Shown here one piece after another: positions 48,031 to 59,619 of a stretch of DNA of 64,000 nt. How positions within the stretch are numbered: the first letter of the stretch is position 1; every line of letters starts with the position of its first letter. Source of the DNA: Candidatus Latescibacterota bacterium (GTDB lineage: Bacteria > Latescibacterota > UBA2968 > UBA8231); NCBI GenBank assembly GCA_965206595.1, contig OZ242214.1, positions 6,016,001 to 6,080,000 of the forward strand, in the 5' to 3' direction. A model generated the notes under the pieces. The model had not been told where the DNA came from. It worked only from the letters and a program-made list of their open reading frames with translations, and made no database searches. The position numbers and the translations under genes were made by a program.

Positions 48031-49249
48031 TGTAATGGCTTTCGCGTGCCAATTGACAATTGAAAATAAGACGGTGGTCAAACCCGCCCCTGCTTGGGGA
48101 TTTAGCGAAGGACGACCAAGCACCTTCCAACCCAAGGAGGCAGAAATAACCACCACCAAGAAGGTAGCACGAAGGAAGCTCAGCCTGCTACAGCTGGTCC
48201 AGGAAATCAACAACGTCAGCAGGGCATGCAAGATCATGGGCTACTCACGGCAGCAGTTTTACGAGATCCGGCGCAATTACCAGACCTACGGAGCCGAGGG
48301 TCTGATCGATCGCTTGCCGGGCGCTCGAGGTCCGCACCCAAACCGGTTCAGCCCCGAGGTGGAGCAGGCCATCCTGGCTCACTGCCTGGAATACCCCACG
48401 CAGGGCTGCCTGCGCGTGTCCCAGGAGTTGGCCTTGAAGGGCGTCCAGGTCAGCTCAGGCGGGGTACGGGGCGTCTGGGGACGGCATCGTCTCCTGTCCA
48501 AGCACGAACGTCTGCTGCGCCTGGAGGAACACACCCGACAGCGGCGGATCGAACTGAACGAGCAGCAGATCCGGCTCCTGGAGCGCTTCAGTCCCGAGTT
48601 TCGCGATCGCCACATCGAGACCCGGTACACGGGGGAGTTGCTCGGGGTGGACACCTTCCACGTGGGGACGCTCAAGGGGGTGGGACGCGTATACATGCAG
48701 GCGGCCATCGACTGCCACAGCCGTTACGCCTGGGCCCGGCTCTACCCCAACAAGCTGCCGGTGACGGCCGTGCAGCTGCTCAACAACCAGGTCTTGCCGA
48801 CCTTTGAGAAGCACCGGGATTCCGTCCAGGCGGTCCTTTCCGATAACGGCCGGGAATTCTGCGGTCGCCGGGACCGGCACCCCTACGAGCTGTTTCTACA
48901 GCTGGAGGGAATCGAGCACCGCACCACCCGGGTCAACAGTCCCCAGACCAACGGCTTCGTCGAGCGCTTGCACCGAACCATCCTGGACGAACACTTTTGC
49001 ATCGCCGGGTGAAAGACGTGGTATGAATCGCTGGACCAGATGCAGAAGGATCTGGATGCATACCTGGTTCAGTCCAACGAGAAACGCCCGCATCAGGGCC
49101 GCAACATGAACGGCATGACCCCGCTGCAGGGGTTCAAGAAAGGGCTCACTACCAGGCCCCGAGACAAGGGGAAAGCAGTGGAGAAAAACGCGGCCTGAAC
49201 AACTACCCCGAGGAGGGGGCGAGTGTCAGGTAATTACCATCACTGTACA
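48031..49249 (+). mobile_element. IS481-family element; transposase 48146-49198 inactivated
   Basis: TGTA...TGACA and TGTCA...TACA ends; SDNGREF and QTNGFVER integrase core. ATA in place of ATG after AAGGAGG, and in-frame TGA at 49010-49012. Confidence 0.88.
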
Positions 49250-49408
49250 CGTTGAGTTCTATGTTGCTAGTAAGGATCCCAACTATTCAGATCTAAGTCA
49301 TCAGGACACTCAAAACGGTGACGATAACGCAACATTAACTACCCGTATCGGATAGAGAAATCAGTTCCGTGAGCTAAAGTCGCGGTGGTCATTGAGTGTG
49401 ACCTATGT

Positions 49409-50485
49409 TTACTGCGAATCAGCCTCCGAAACATCCTTAATTGTTACAACACGCGGTTTAGCGTTGTCTACTTCGGTCATCCGAAATCCTTCTTTTTTGA
49501 AAAACCGAGCTAGTTCTTGGAAATAATTTTGGATTGGGGCGATTTTCACAATCTTGGTCAGCTCTTTGCCTGCTTGCGTAAGAGCGACGCCATGCAATCT
49601 AAGTTTCTTGCCTCTCTTATCATTGGATATAGGTACTAAGATCCAGTGCTGTCCTTGAAAGCTTAAAGGTATACATATTGTCTGATTTGTCGTGTCCGGA
49701 ATAGCCACACAGGGCATATGTTCCCTCCAAGAATTGTAATCAGAGATTACTAAGCCATGCTCATTCAATAGATTGAGTGTTGCAAAGTTCAGGCCGTATT
49801 CCTGAAGCGTGTTTTGACCAGCATCGCCCCCCATGGAGCAGACTCTAATATCTTGAAAATCTGTTGAAATACACATAGAAGATAAGTTCGAAAAATGGTT
49901 AGCAATATTGTGATCAAGACTGCCAAGGATTTTGATGGTCCTTGTCGAATAGGACCCTGGATTTTTAATTTCGCCAGCGAGAACCTTACCGAAGTAGGCT
50001 TGCATTTCTTCAGTACTTTTTTGCCTAGCTTCAATTTCAAAAGCGTTCAGCCAATCATCATTGATCGGATCCCTTGAATTCTCCGGTGACGATTGGCCAG
50101 TGAAATCACTATCTTTGTGTATTTCGGTCGCGGCTCTTTGAGTAATCATATCTAAGTTCACCTGCTCACGAAGCACTCGGTGTCCAAATTTCTGGACTGC
50201 CACGCGCGCATACTCAGGATCGGTCTTCATTTGTTGAGCAATTTGCGCGGCTGATAAATTAATCAGTTTGACCCGGGCGGTTGTTTCTGCGCGTCGTTCA
50301 TCTGCTATTCCCGTAAGGTATGCAAGGGGCATATCAATTGCAGCAGCACACAATTGCCCGAAGGCTTTGAGAAAGTTTCGCCTAACCGGTGCGGGGATAG
50401 CTGTACCAGCTACTAGATCGGTGATGATTTCGGAGACTTCATCGGTTGGAGCTTCGAAGTCTTCGTTAGTCGATTCGTCAACCAT
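49409..50485 (-). CDS. DUF2806 (Abi-alpha-like) protein
   Basis: REQVNL...DDWLNAF..EA...STEEMQ..FGKVLAGEIKNPGSYS.RT; probable start MVDES at 50485. Confidence 0.8.
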   Translation of the reverse strand: MVDESTNEDFEAPTDEVSEIITDLVAGTAIPAPVRRNFLKAFGQLCAAAIDMPLAYLTGIADERRAETTARVKLINLSAAQIAQQMKTDPEYARVAVQKFGHRVLREQVNLDMITQRAATEIHKDSDFTGQSSPENSRDPINDDWLNAFEIEARQKSTEEMQAYFGKVLAGEIKNPGSYSTRTIKILGSLDHNIANHFSNLSSMCISTDFQDIRVCSMGGDAGQNTLQEYGLNFATLNLLNEHGLVISDYNSWREHMPCVAIPDTTNQTICIPLSFQGQHWILVPISNDKRGKKLRLHGVALTQAGKELTKIVKIAPIQNYFQELARFFKKEGFRMTEVDNAKPRVVTIKDVSEADSQ

Positions 50486-50814
50486 TTTTACTATCTGATT
50501 GTCCTCTCCCTGGCTGCTAAAGGAAGGAACGATGGATTTCGCTTGGACCGGAAAAAGTAGGTGGACAAGCGGAAACGCAGGGCTTTTTTTTCGAATACAA
50601 TGCTGTCGATGTTCCCGCCCACCGTATACTAAATGCATAGGAAAAATAGCCGGGGGCCTTTGGGGGGGCAAATCGGCTCTTTCGGCCATCGCAGGGAGGC
50701 AAATCGAGAAGGAAAGCAAACGGCCGAATCCGGCTGAGGGCCAAAAAAGTGCTCCGTCGGGTGGCGGAAGATCGGAGCAGGTTCGGTGGGACCTCAAGGA
50801 TGCTCAGGGGATTT

Positions 50815-52560
50815 TTACATGGGGAAATTTCCAGGACCGAGCAGTCCCTGCAGACGGCCCAAAAGACGATCGCGGCGTGCTTCGTAAAATACGTTGAATC
50901 TTGTAATATCGGCCGGAATTTCCCCAAGGTCATGGCGAGTGAGGTACTCACTCGCCGTTTTTGGATCATTGATGCTGCTTGCCATCCATTGCTGGGGCAG
51001 TTTGTCTCGCTTGCTCTCGTTCTCCTCGCCGAGGAGCAGCTGTAGATTGGGGAGGCGGTCGGCCCGGTCCTGGAACTCTGGGATACCTTCCTCGGCCACT
51101 CCCGCCCGGCGGAGGCGCATAGTCGTGAACCGGCTCTTCGGAAACACGTGGTCAATGTGAAACCTATTGTTCTGCAGATCCACGAAAGGGTACAAAAGGG
51201 TCAGTAGTGCCAACGTACGATCCTTCGATTCCACTAGATCCTCAATCTCTTCTTCCTCAAACGTAAGGCTCTTGCCTCGCGTCCGCATCGTGGCTTCCAG
51301 TTGAGCCGACGGAAACGCCTCGCCCCCGTGCGTATCAATAACGCTCCTGAGCGCTGTGAGCAGGGAGTCTAGTCCGCTGCCCCAGATTCCGCGCTTGAGT
51401 AGTGACCGTACAAGCCACCTTCGGATAGCGTCGCGATCCTGGCGATGGGAGACATGAGAGAGGAATCCCCTCGGTGTGGATCGCCGATATAAATAGTGGG
51501 CGATAGGCAGGACCGCGTTGTTTGCACTGAGACTGCCTTGGGAGAAACCGAACCTCGCCACCAGTTCAACGGCCGTGCGGACGGCTTGCGTAATCGGTTC
51601 CCAGCGCTCTTCAAGAAGCTTCATGTTGTTCCGATTAAAATTAGTGACCCTGAAACGCACGCTGCCGACACCTGCGAGCACCAGCCCAGCTTTAAGCAGA
51701 AAATCTTGGGAAAATCCAAACCCCTTCCCAATGTCGTTGATTTCGTCCACCGTCCCGTGGATTGCTTCGCGGGCGTCCAGATCCCACTGAGCCGTGGCCA
51801 TGCTCATGAGCATGTCGGAATAGCTAAGCGGCGTGCCGCCGCTGTTCGTACGAATGAAAATGTCCAGGACCTTGTCGAGGTCCTGGTCCTCTTCCTCGTA
51901 GTGCGCAATAACCAGATCGGTGTGCACTACCTTGTGAAGTCTGGCAAGGACCTTGAGCGGACGGCGTTGATTGCCGAGTTCCCTATCGAGGAGGAAATCA
52001 TTGAGGTCTACCGCGTCCTCGGCGTTTAGGACGTCTCCTACGGGATACCAGCAATGAGTTTCGTCCTGCTCGTCACTTTCGTCGCTGGTCAGGAAGCGGA
52101 AATCGTACTGCATATTTTGCTCGTTTTCCTCTGCGTTGGCGAGAATGTTTAGGTATAGATGCCGGGTGGGAAAGGCAAGTGGATTGTTCCGCCGGAGGCG
52201 CGGAAGCTTATAGGCGTAGCTTCCACGCAGTCCGATGTTCAGGGCCGTCAGGCGTTGCTGGCCGTCGAGCACTGCAGTGACCTCATCTCGTGTTAGCGCC
52301 CCGATAGACGTGCAATGGGGGTTGTCCTTTTCGTGGTAAGCGAGCATTAAATCGTAGAACTTGTACTTTTTGATGCTTTCCCGCTTGACTTTCCAGAACA
52401 GAAAGGAGCCTATCGGATATCCTCGCATCATGCTGTCGAAAAGACATTCAATTTGTTCCGACCACCACACGAATTCCCGTTGGATGGCCGGCAGCACATA
52501 CTCCCTTCGTTCGATTGCTAGGAGGGTTTTCCTAATTGTAATGGGGGTCTGGAATGGCAT
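50815..52560 (-). CDS. GmrSD-type (DUF262 + DUF1524/HNH) type IV restriction endonuclease
   Basis: LPAIQREFVW, LDGQQRLT, FIRTNSGG, HIDHVFP, NLQLL...N. Confidence 0.88.
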   Translation of the reverse strand: MPFQTPITIRKTLLAIERREYVLPAIQREFVWWSEQIECLFDSMMRGYPIGSFLFWKVKRESIKKYKFYDLMLAYHEKDNPHCTSIGALTRDEVTAVLDGQQRLTALNIGLRGSYAYKLPRLRRNNPLAFPTRHLYLNILANAEENEQNMQYDFRFLTSDESDEQDETHCWYPVGDVLNAEDAVDLNDFLLDRELGNQRRPLKVLARLHKVVHTDLVIAHYEEEDQDLDKVLDIFIRTNSGGTPLSYSDMLMSMATAQWDLDAREAIHGTVDEINDIGKGFGFSQDFLLKAGLVLAGVGSVRFRVTNFNRNNMKLLEERWEPITQAVRTAVELVARFGFSQGSLSANNAVLPIAHYLYRRSTPRGFLSHVSHRQDRDAIRRWLVRSLLKRGIWGSGLDSLLTALRSVIDTHGGEAFPSAQLEATMRTRGKSLTFEEEEIEDLVESKDRTLALLTLLYPFVDLQNNRFHIDHVFPKSRFTTMRLRRAGVAEEGIPEFQDRADRLPNLQLLLGEENESKRDKLPQQWMASSINDPKTASEYLTRHDLGEIPADITRFNVFYEARRDRLLGRLQGLLGPGNFPM

Positions 52561-52718
52561 ATCTAAAGCCTCCCTTTCCTTGATTGATATGGAGCGGTTT
52601 CGCGAAAAAGTCCTTGATTTACAGTACATTGAGCTAATTCTGCACGAGGCCATCCGATGGTCGCAGGATTGGCCTGAGTGCCCCGCATTCCACACGAAAG
52701 CGGGCCCCATTCAATCAT

Positions 52719-54854
52719 TCAATCCCCTGCCTCCGGAGCATCGAGAATTGATTCCAAGCGCTTCAAGGTCCTCAGCCACTCCTTTTTGACAAGCTCAACA
52801 AGAGTGCTTGCCTTGAGGTTGCCAGCTTCCTCAAACTAATCCCGGTGATGCTTCGATACTCGAACCCGATACCCTGGTCCTTGTCCCCATTCATCATCGC
52901 AGGTCACCCAGAATGTTCCATCCCGTTTCATCTGTACGGCATGAATCGTAGTTCCTAGCTGTTGACACTTCAGCAGAAGAACTTCAGTCCCAGATTTGAC
53001 GATATGCCGTGACTGCCGAACCAAGCTGTATGCCTCCCTCAAATCAGGATCCCTGAGGAGGTTTTCTACAATGGTCTCAAAGTTCATTAGTTTAGATCCT
53101 ACAGCATCTGCAGCCACTGCCCGAGCACCGCCATAGCCGAGTTGGTGAGAATAATCAAGGTTGTACCATTCTCCTTGGCGACGAACGCTTGCGTGGAGTG
53201 AACTAGCATGCGCACTATTGATTGCCAGGAGCAAGCCATCTTGGAGGGAATTAGAAAAGGAGCCGATTTCCTGGTTTTCTTTCGCCCAAACCATCAGACG
53301 TCTACCGGCCTGTTGTTGTATTTCTTGGACTTGTGTCTCCTGATAATTCTGTGCAAGATCATTGGGTCCGTCTATCGCTTCCCTTAGGTTCCTCCGGTGG
53401 ACTTCCCGGAGGTCATTGACCAACCTTAGCAAGAAGTCCCTGAGGCGGATCGGCTCGTCTTCAAGAGCATTATAGAATTCGATTGACATGGTTGGGATTT
53501 TCAGGGCCTCAAGACGGAGCTTGACTTGGTCCTCCTTTAGTTGGTATCCCTCGTCTACAGTCTCAGCAGAAAAACCCGCATCATCCTTCACGGCCAAAGC
53601 CTCCCCCCTCCGGGGCAAAGCTAGAACTGCCGCCTTAGTCTCCAAACTGGAAATACGTCCTCTCTTGGCTCTTTCTAAGAGCTGTTGCACCGATGTTGCA
53701 GGCGAGTCGTTAAAGGACGTGCAAAGGACCACAACTGTATTTGGAGCGTTGAAGTGGTCTTCTAAATCCCGACGCTCGGCTGTCCGATCAATACCCTTGG
53801 TATCCACGATACGGATGGACAACTTTTCGTCCTGAAGGATGGGTTGAGGGACGGAAATTTCAATTCGCCTTGGTATGGTAAATTCCAGATGTCTCCCATT
53901 GTTCACCTGCTCAAAGTTCTTCTTCAGCCACAGAAGCGGCTCTTCCCCAGAGGTCTCTGAATACCAGAGTTCACGCCTCGTTCTCTTGTGAAGAGCCATT
54001 CTTGTCAAGATTTCCACGACCAGGGCGCTCGGATCTGTGGTCTCAGCTAGGTTTCTTGCCGGATCTATGACTATCCGAGCTTGCTTGCCGTTAGGTCTGA
54101 TTTCTCTTCTGACCTGTCTAGTGAGCCCACTCATGTTTCGAATCGCTCGTTCTATCTCCTTTGAGGTTCCGTGAGAGTCTATGTCTCCCGCTTCTTCCTC
54201 TTTAGACGTCTCCTTCGAGCTTTTGAGAAAATGGGCGAACTCAACGACCTCTCTGCGGAGCTCGTTTTCCCCCATGGGCTCCACCGCAATTCCATAGTGA
54301 GGTCCTCGTACGAGATGGACTTCGCAAATGGTCACTCCTCCGCCACCGACTTCAAGCACGGGCGTTCGTGCCTTTACCTCAAGGTCAGCTACACGGCAAA
54401 TGGCCGTGGATTTAACTACTCCGATGTTTCCGAAAAATGCGACGCTATGCTCTGTATCCAAGACAAGCTGTGCGGCGCCACTTAGTTCATCGCGGAATGC
54501 CTCCAATCGCCTTATGAATACGTTTCGGATGTCCGGCATTTCCCTTAGCTCCTCTATGCGCTGAAGGGCCTTCTCTGCCTCCCACAGGAGCTGCTCGTCC
54601 GGGTGTCCAAGCGGCGGCCTTCGTGTGATCTTCCAATCTCGCCCAGCTCTCTTTCGGAATCCTAGTGCTTCTTCGGTGCCGATTGCCTCTAAGATGGAGT
54701 TGAGATCCTCCGTGGACACCGGCCGATCGCCTGACTCTACGCGAGAGAGAACCGCTGCACTCCAAGTTACCTTCTGGGCAAGTTCATTTTGCTTGAGGCC
54801 GGCTCTCACCCTAAGGCGGGCAAGGTACCTGCCCAATTCGATACTAGTGCTCAT
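52719..54854 (-). pseudogene. XRE-HTH fused to a dynamin-like P-loop GTPase; in-frame TAG at 52836-52838
   Basis: N-terminal HTH; GNIGVVKST (degenerate G1) and IVDTKG (G3). The frame stays open 39 codons past the TAG, to TGA 52719. Confidence 0.7.
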
Positions 54855-55317
54855 TCCAACCCCTCCTGTTGTCCTCCTCGCCATTTTCTGTCCTGCTCTT
54901 TTTGAGAAAGGTTGCAGATAGAATACAGCAATATATCTGCAAAAACGAGTCCAACATGAGGAAAATTTCTGGTATTATTGGGCGATTCCGAGAAAAATAC
55001 CCATTCTAGGCAAGATCAGGGACGAATGGTTCCTATTTTGGGAACTTGGAGTCGCGGAGGCAGCGCGGCTCCACGCCGAGTCAAACGAGTCGGCCCCAGG
55101 GCGAGGCGGAAACCGTAGGCGGTCATTTCTGTCGGCCGGGCAGGATCGCCGAGCGGTGGGCGTAGCGGGTGACCTTTTACGGCCTGCCTCCACGAGCCTC
55201 CCCGGGAGGCGCGCAGCTAGCCGTCTGCCGGTGTGGTGCGGGGAGACGGCGAAACGCGAGCAGACCCACTGGCGCGGACCGGATGCACTCTGCCGGCGCC
55301 GTCCCGTGCTTGTTCTT

Positions 55318-55370
55318 CGACCGCAGTGACCTGGCCTGAAGCGACATCTTCGAACCGCTTGTATCTTCCT
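55318..55370 (+). repeat. gltX upstream block, copy A (continues at 56227 after IS5); other copies at about 56813-56873 and 63508-63633
   Basis: tgacctggcctgaagcgacatcttcgaaccgcttgtatcttcct is identical at 55328 and 63517. Confidence 0.9.
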
Positions 55371-56226
55371 GAACCTATCTCAAAATTGAAATTGTTTAAG
55401 TAAAATCAAAATGGATGCAAGTTGGACGAAGCCAAGAAAATTCTCCGGATACAATTCCCAGCGAGTGATCACTCGACGCTGCCATTGAAGCCAAGCAAAG
55501 AATCTCTCAACCATCCAACGCCGCACATAACGCCGCAATCGCCGTCCATCCTGAGTCTTTTTCTTGGTCCGATTCTGGCGATGCGGGGCGATCATCTCGA
55601 TCCCGTCTTTCTTAAGTTCTTCATCCAACGAATCGCTGTCGTACGCTTTGTCACCGATCAAGTTGTCAGGTTGGTCTTCGATCAGGTAAAAGTCAAGGGT
55701 CAACTGAACCAGCGTCACTTCATGATGGTTCGCTGCATGCGTGCTCACCGACAAGGGAAGCCCATTGCCGTCCACGATCCCCATGACCCGCACCCCCTTA
55801 CCTCGCTTGCTGTGGCCGATATCGGCCACCTCCACCCTTGGCCGCCGAGAACATGCCGTCGATGAAAGCTTCCGATTCGTCCAGGTCCCCTTGCTCGTGA
55901 AGGGTATTGGCCAAGTCCATGAGAACATCGCGCAGCACCTCGTTGCGACACCAATTTTGAAAGCGACGATGCACCGTTTTGTAGTTCGGATAGCCCTGCG
56001 GCAGCATGTGCCATTGGGCACCGGTATTGAGAATCCAAAGGACGGCTTCAAGAACCTCACGTGTGGCAACTGGTTTGCGGCCCGGATGGCTTTTGGGACG
56101 ATGTTCTTCAGGAAAGTGATGACGGATTCGCTCCCATTGCTTGTCGGTCAAAGTAACCATATAAATAATGATACATTATCATCAATCAGAACTCAAGATT
56201 AAATTTTGTGATTTTGAGATAGGTTC
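55371..56226 (-). mobile_element. IS5-family element (856 bp), transposase 56160-55380 with one frameshift
   Basis: Perfect 16-bp TIR GAACCTATCTCAAAAT; 2-bp CT duplication relative to the empty site near 63558; LTDKQWERI, GDKAYDS and RWMVERFF motifs. Confidence 0.93.
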
Positions 56227-56276
56227 CTGACACATAAAATCCATTCCAGACCCCTAGCCCCCGGGACAACCGAATC

Positions 56277-56630
56277 GTGTCAGCCGTACGCGTCCGCATA
56301 GCCCCCTAGCCGACCGGAGCCCCCCATGTCGGCACCGCCTACATCTCCCTGTTCAACATGGCCTACGCGCGCCGCCACGGGGGCAAGCTGGTGCTGCGCA
56401 TAGAGGACACCGACCGGGCGCGGTCCTCCGACCAGCACGAGCTGGGTCTTATGGAGGCGCTGCGCTGGGCTGGCATCGAGTGGCAGGAAGGCCCCGACGT
56501 CGGCGGGCCGCACGGTCTCTGCCGGCAGAGCGAGCGAATCGAGGTCTACTCAGAATACGCGAAGCAGCTCGTCGACCAGGGCTGCGCCTACTATTCCTTC
56601 ACGACCCCGAAGAGCTGGCCGCCTGGGAGG
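56277..56630 (+). pseudogene. gltX: gltX 5' fragment, copy A
   Basis: GTG start; TCG>TAG in the APSPT motif; LRIEDTD; -1 deletion near 56607; similarity ends about 56626. Confidence 0.9.
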
Positions 56631-56873
56631 AAAGAACAAAGGAACGCCCCTTTCGGGGTGTCGGACTGGCGACAATATCGCCAGCGGGGTTATGCGGCGA
56701 AGCCTAAGGTCAGAGCTGCGAATTTTTAACGACCCATCCATTAGCAACTCGCACAGCAGGTCCGTCGAAGTCGCTCACCCGCTCGATGCAATGAACAAGG
56801 AGTCAGTCTGGACTTGTATCTTCTTGACAGATACAACCCATTCCAGACCAACGACCACCGAGACAACCGAATC

Positions 56874-57314
56874 GTGTCAGCCGTCCGCCTTCGCATAGCC
56901 CCCTCGCCGACCGGAGCCCCCCACGTCGGCACCGCTTACATCGCCCTGTTCAACATGGCCTTCGCCCGCCGCCACGGGGGCAAGCTGGTGCTGCGCATAG
57001 AGGACACCGACCGGGCGCGGTCCTCCGGCGAGCACGAGCGGCGCTTGATGGAGGCGCTGCGCTGGGCCGGCATCGAGTGGCAGGAGGGCCCCGACGTCGG
57101 CGGGCCGCACGGTCCTTACCGGCAGAGCGAACGGATCCCGCACTACACCGAACACGCGAAGCAGCTCGTAGACCAGGGCTGCGCCTACTATTCCTTCACG
57201 ACCCCCGAAGAGCTGGCCGCCTGGCGGAAGCGCAAGGACTCGGGCGAGCCGGCCCCGTACGAGGCGGAGCGCGAGCAGTCGACCGAGGCGGCGCGGAACA
57301 GCGCTCGTTATTGA
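56874..57314 (+). pseudogene. gltX: gltX 5' fragment, copy B (about 146 codons, open)
   Basis: [28 protein letters not shown]; stops well before the KMSKS region. Confidence 0.9.
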
Positions 57315-57361
57315 GGCCACACGGGTCGTTGAATCAATCCCTGCGCAAGGAGAGCCTGGTT

Positions 57362-59473
57362 TTGGAACAATTCTCACTGGAGCACCCCGCGGGAAACAGC
57401 TCTCTGCTACTCAATGGCGAGTGGCAGTTCAGCGAGGGAACAGACGGGTCGCCACCGGCTGACAGTGACTGGCAGCGGGTGCGGGTGCCGCATCGATCGA
57501 GGGAATTCGAAAACGATCCGCCGGTATCAGGTTGGTATCGCACAACGCTGCGCGTGCCGGAGCAGTGGGATCTTCACGACAGTGACCCGGTGTTCGATCT
57601 GGCGCGGGTAAGGCATTACGGGCGGGTCTATCTGGGGGATCGGGTGGTGGGCGAGCATTTCGGTATGCGGACGCTGTGGCGGGTCGAGCTGCGTGGACTG
57701 GTGGAGGCGGGCGGCGAGTATGATCTGATGATTTACACGCACAACTCGTCGGGCTCTTATGCCCATCCCGACCTCGACGAGGTCAGCGAAAGGGTGGCGA
57801 TCGCGCTCGATACCTTCACGTGGCAGACGGGTTCCAGCACCATCGGGGTCGAGGGGGATGTGTGGCTGCGACTGGAGCCGCGGCTGCTCATCGAGGATCT
57901 CTACGTGATGACGTCGGTGCGAGAGAAAACGCTCACAGTCGCCGTCACGGTGCGCAATAAGAATTCGGCGGGTGCCTCGGCCGTTCTGGATCTGGTGGTG
58001 ACGCGGGACGGAGGAGTCGAGCTCGAGCTGCCGACGCAAGAGGTCGGGCTCGAAGCCGGGGAAAAGCAGGTCGTGCGGGTGGCCCTGCCGTGGGGGGATC
58101 CCGTGCTCTGGGGGAGTCCGCCTTACGGGCAGCCGGTGCTGTATTTCCTGCAGGCGGCGTTGCGCCATGCCGACGAGGCGACGCCGATGCACACGCGGGT
58201 CGAGCGCTTCGGATTCAGGGAGGTGTGGGCGGAAGGGGAGCGACTGCTGCTGAATGGGCAACAGCTCATGCTGTGGGGTGATCACTCGCTCCCCTATGTG
58301 CACGAGCGGCAGTGGATGACGCGGAAACTGCTGGATCTGGCTGACGGTAACATGAGTGTCGTCGAGAACCATCGCATCGATCCGCCGCCGCTGCTCTACG
58401 ATGTGGCTGACGAGCTGGGTGTCTTCGTGGTGTCGTCCAACTTCTGCGTGGCCACGGGTCAGGTGAACGAAGAGTTGGAGGGGGCGGAGCTGGATCTTGT
58501 GCTCGAGAACAACCTGGCGATCTGCGAGACCTGGATCCGGCGCGACCGCAATCATCCGAGCATTCTGTTTTGGGATGTGACTGACTCGCGGGAACCGAGG
58601 TTCGGAATCCCTCTGCTGCGGCGGGCGCAGGAGCTGGATGACACCCGCATGAGGGAGGTCACGTACGACGTCACCAGTCACTCACCCGAACTGGTCGATA
58701 CCTACCGGTTGTTCAGCGACAAGGAGCATATCGAGGAGGCGATCCATTTTATCCGCACGAACCCGGAGATGCCGGTAAAGCCGATCCGCGTCGGTGAGGC
58801 GGGCATTTTCGGGCGGCCGACGTGGGACTATGACGAGGCGCCGCCCATGCAGGAGGGGGAGGACTGGCCCGAGTTTCTGGAGAGTATGCCCGAACGGAAG
58901 ATTCACGGCCTGCAGACTTTCTACCTGATCGACCAGGATGGCAAAGGCTTCTATAATGAGAACACGGGCAATCTGTCAGCGCCCGTGCATCCTCAGATCA
59001 CCTGGCCGTCGCAATCGGGACTTGACGCGCGCATCGATCCGTTTGGCGAGGGGACACAGGAGGCCTGGGGAAAGGCGGCGCTGTACCTCAACTGGTGTGA
59101 TCCCGAGGAGCCGCTGTCACGCCGCACGTCCACATGGGAGTGGTCGCGTGAGATGTTCCGCGGGGTTACGGGCAGGGATGTAGGACCGCTGGCGGAGACG
59201 CGGGTGCCCGAGGTGATCGTGCATGTGTCACGAGGTGGTGAGCCGGTGGCTGGGGCCCAGGTTTTTGTTAAGGCGCTGGAGGGACAGGGTGTAGTGCCGT
59301 TCGGGATTCGGGGGGACGGGGCGGGTGCGAGTTGGTTCGTGTTGCCGGAGGCTGGGAGGTATGCTTTTGCGTGTGATGGGGGGCGGGTGGAGGTGTTGGC
59401 TCAGCGGCAGCCGATTCGCACCTCTCCGGGTTATGAGCATATCCAGCATGTGCAGATGGAATTGGGTGATTGA
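57362..59473 (+). CDS. Glycoside hydrolase family 2-like protein
   Basis: LNGEWQF, GWYRT, RFGFRE, RDRNHPSI..W, KPI.VGEAG; TTG start after AAGGAG. Confidence 0.82.
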   Translation: MEQFSLEHPAGNSSLLLNGEWQFSEGTDGSPPADSDWQRVRVPHRSREFENDPPVSGWYRTTLRVPEQWDLHDSDPVFDLARVRHYGRVYLGDRVVGEHFGMRTLWRVELRGLVEAGGEYDLMIYTHNSSGSYAHPDLDEVSERVAIALDTFTWQTGSSTIGVEGDVWLRLEPRLLIEDLYVMTSVREKTLTVAVTVRNKNSAGASAVLDLVVTRDGGVELELPTQEVGLEAGEKQVVRVALPWGDPVLWGSPPYGQPVLYFLQAALRHADEATPMHTRVERFGFREVWAEGERLLLNGQQLMLWGDHSLPYVHERQWMTRKLLDLADGNMSVVENHRIDPPPLLYDVADELGVFVVSSNFCVATGQVNEELEGAELDLVLENNLAICETWIRRDRNHPSILFWDVTDSREPRFGIPLLRRAQELDDTRMREVTYDVTSHSPELVDTYRLFSDKEHIEEAIHFIRTNPEMPVKPIRVGEAGIFGRPTWDYDEAPPMQEGEDWPEFLESMPERKIHGLQTFYLIDQDGKGFYNENTGNLSAPVHPQITWPSQSGLDARIDPFGEGTQEAWGKAALYLNWCDPEEPLSRRTSTWEWSREMFRGVTGRDVGPLAETRVPEVIVHVSRGGEPVAGAQVFVKALEGQGVVPFGIRGDGAGASWFVLPEAGRYAFACDGGRVEVLAQRQPIRTSPGYEHIQHVQMELGD

Positions 59474-59619
59474 GAAGTGCTTGCACAGGGTTCGTCAATA
59501 TCCCCGCTCTCTAAAAAAACCGTCAACCAAAGCGTTATTCTCGCTGCCGCCTACCCGATAGCCGCCCAAGAAGAAATAAGGGACCGCGCCGGCACATTTC
59601 GTCGACATACTGTGCTGTC

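Noticed and set aside
55798-55840. Programmed frameshift in the IS5 transposase
   Set aside because: No A-rich slippery site; a single extra G (ggtggccgat) explains the break, so it is a mutation or an error.
56277-57314. gltX fragments as HipA decoys or as gluQ
   Set aside because: The fragments end before the KMSKS-loop serine that HipA modifies, are too short for GluQ, and copy A has an early stop.
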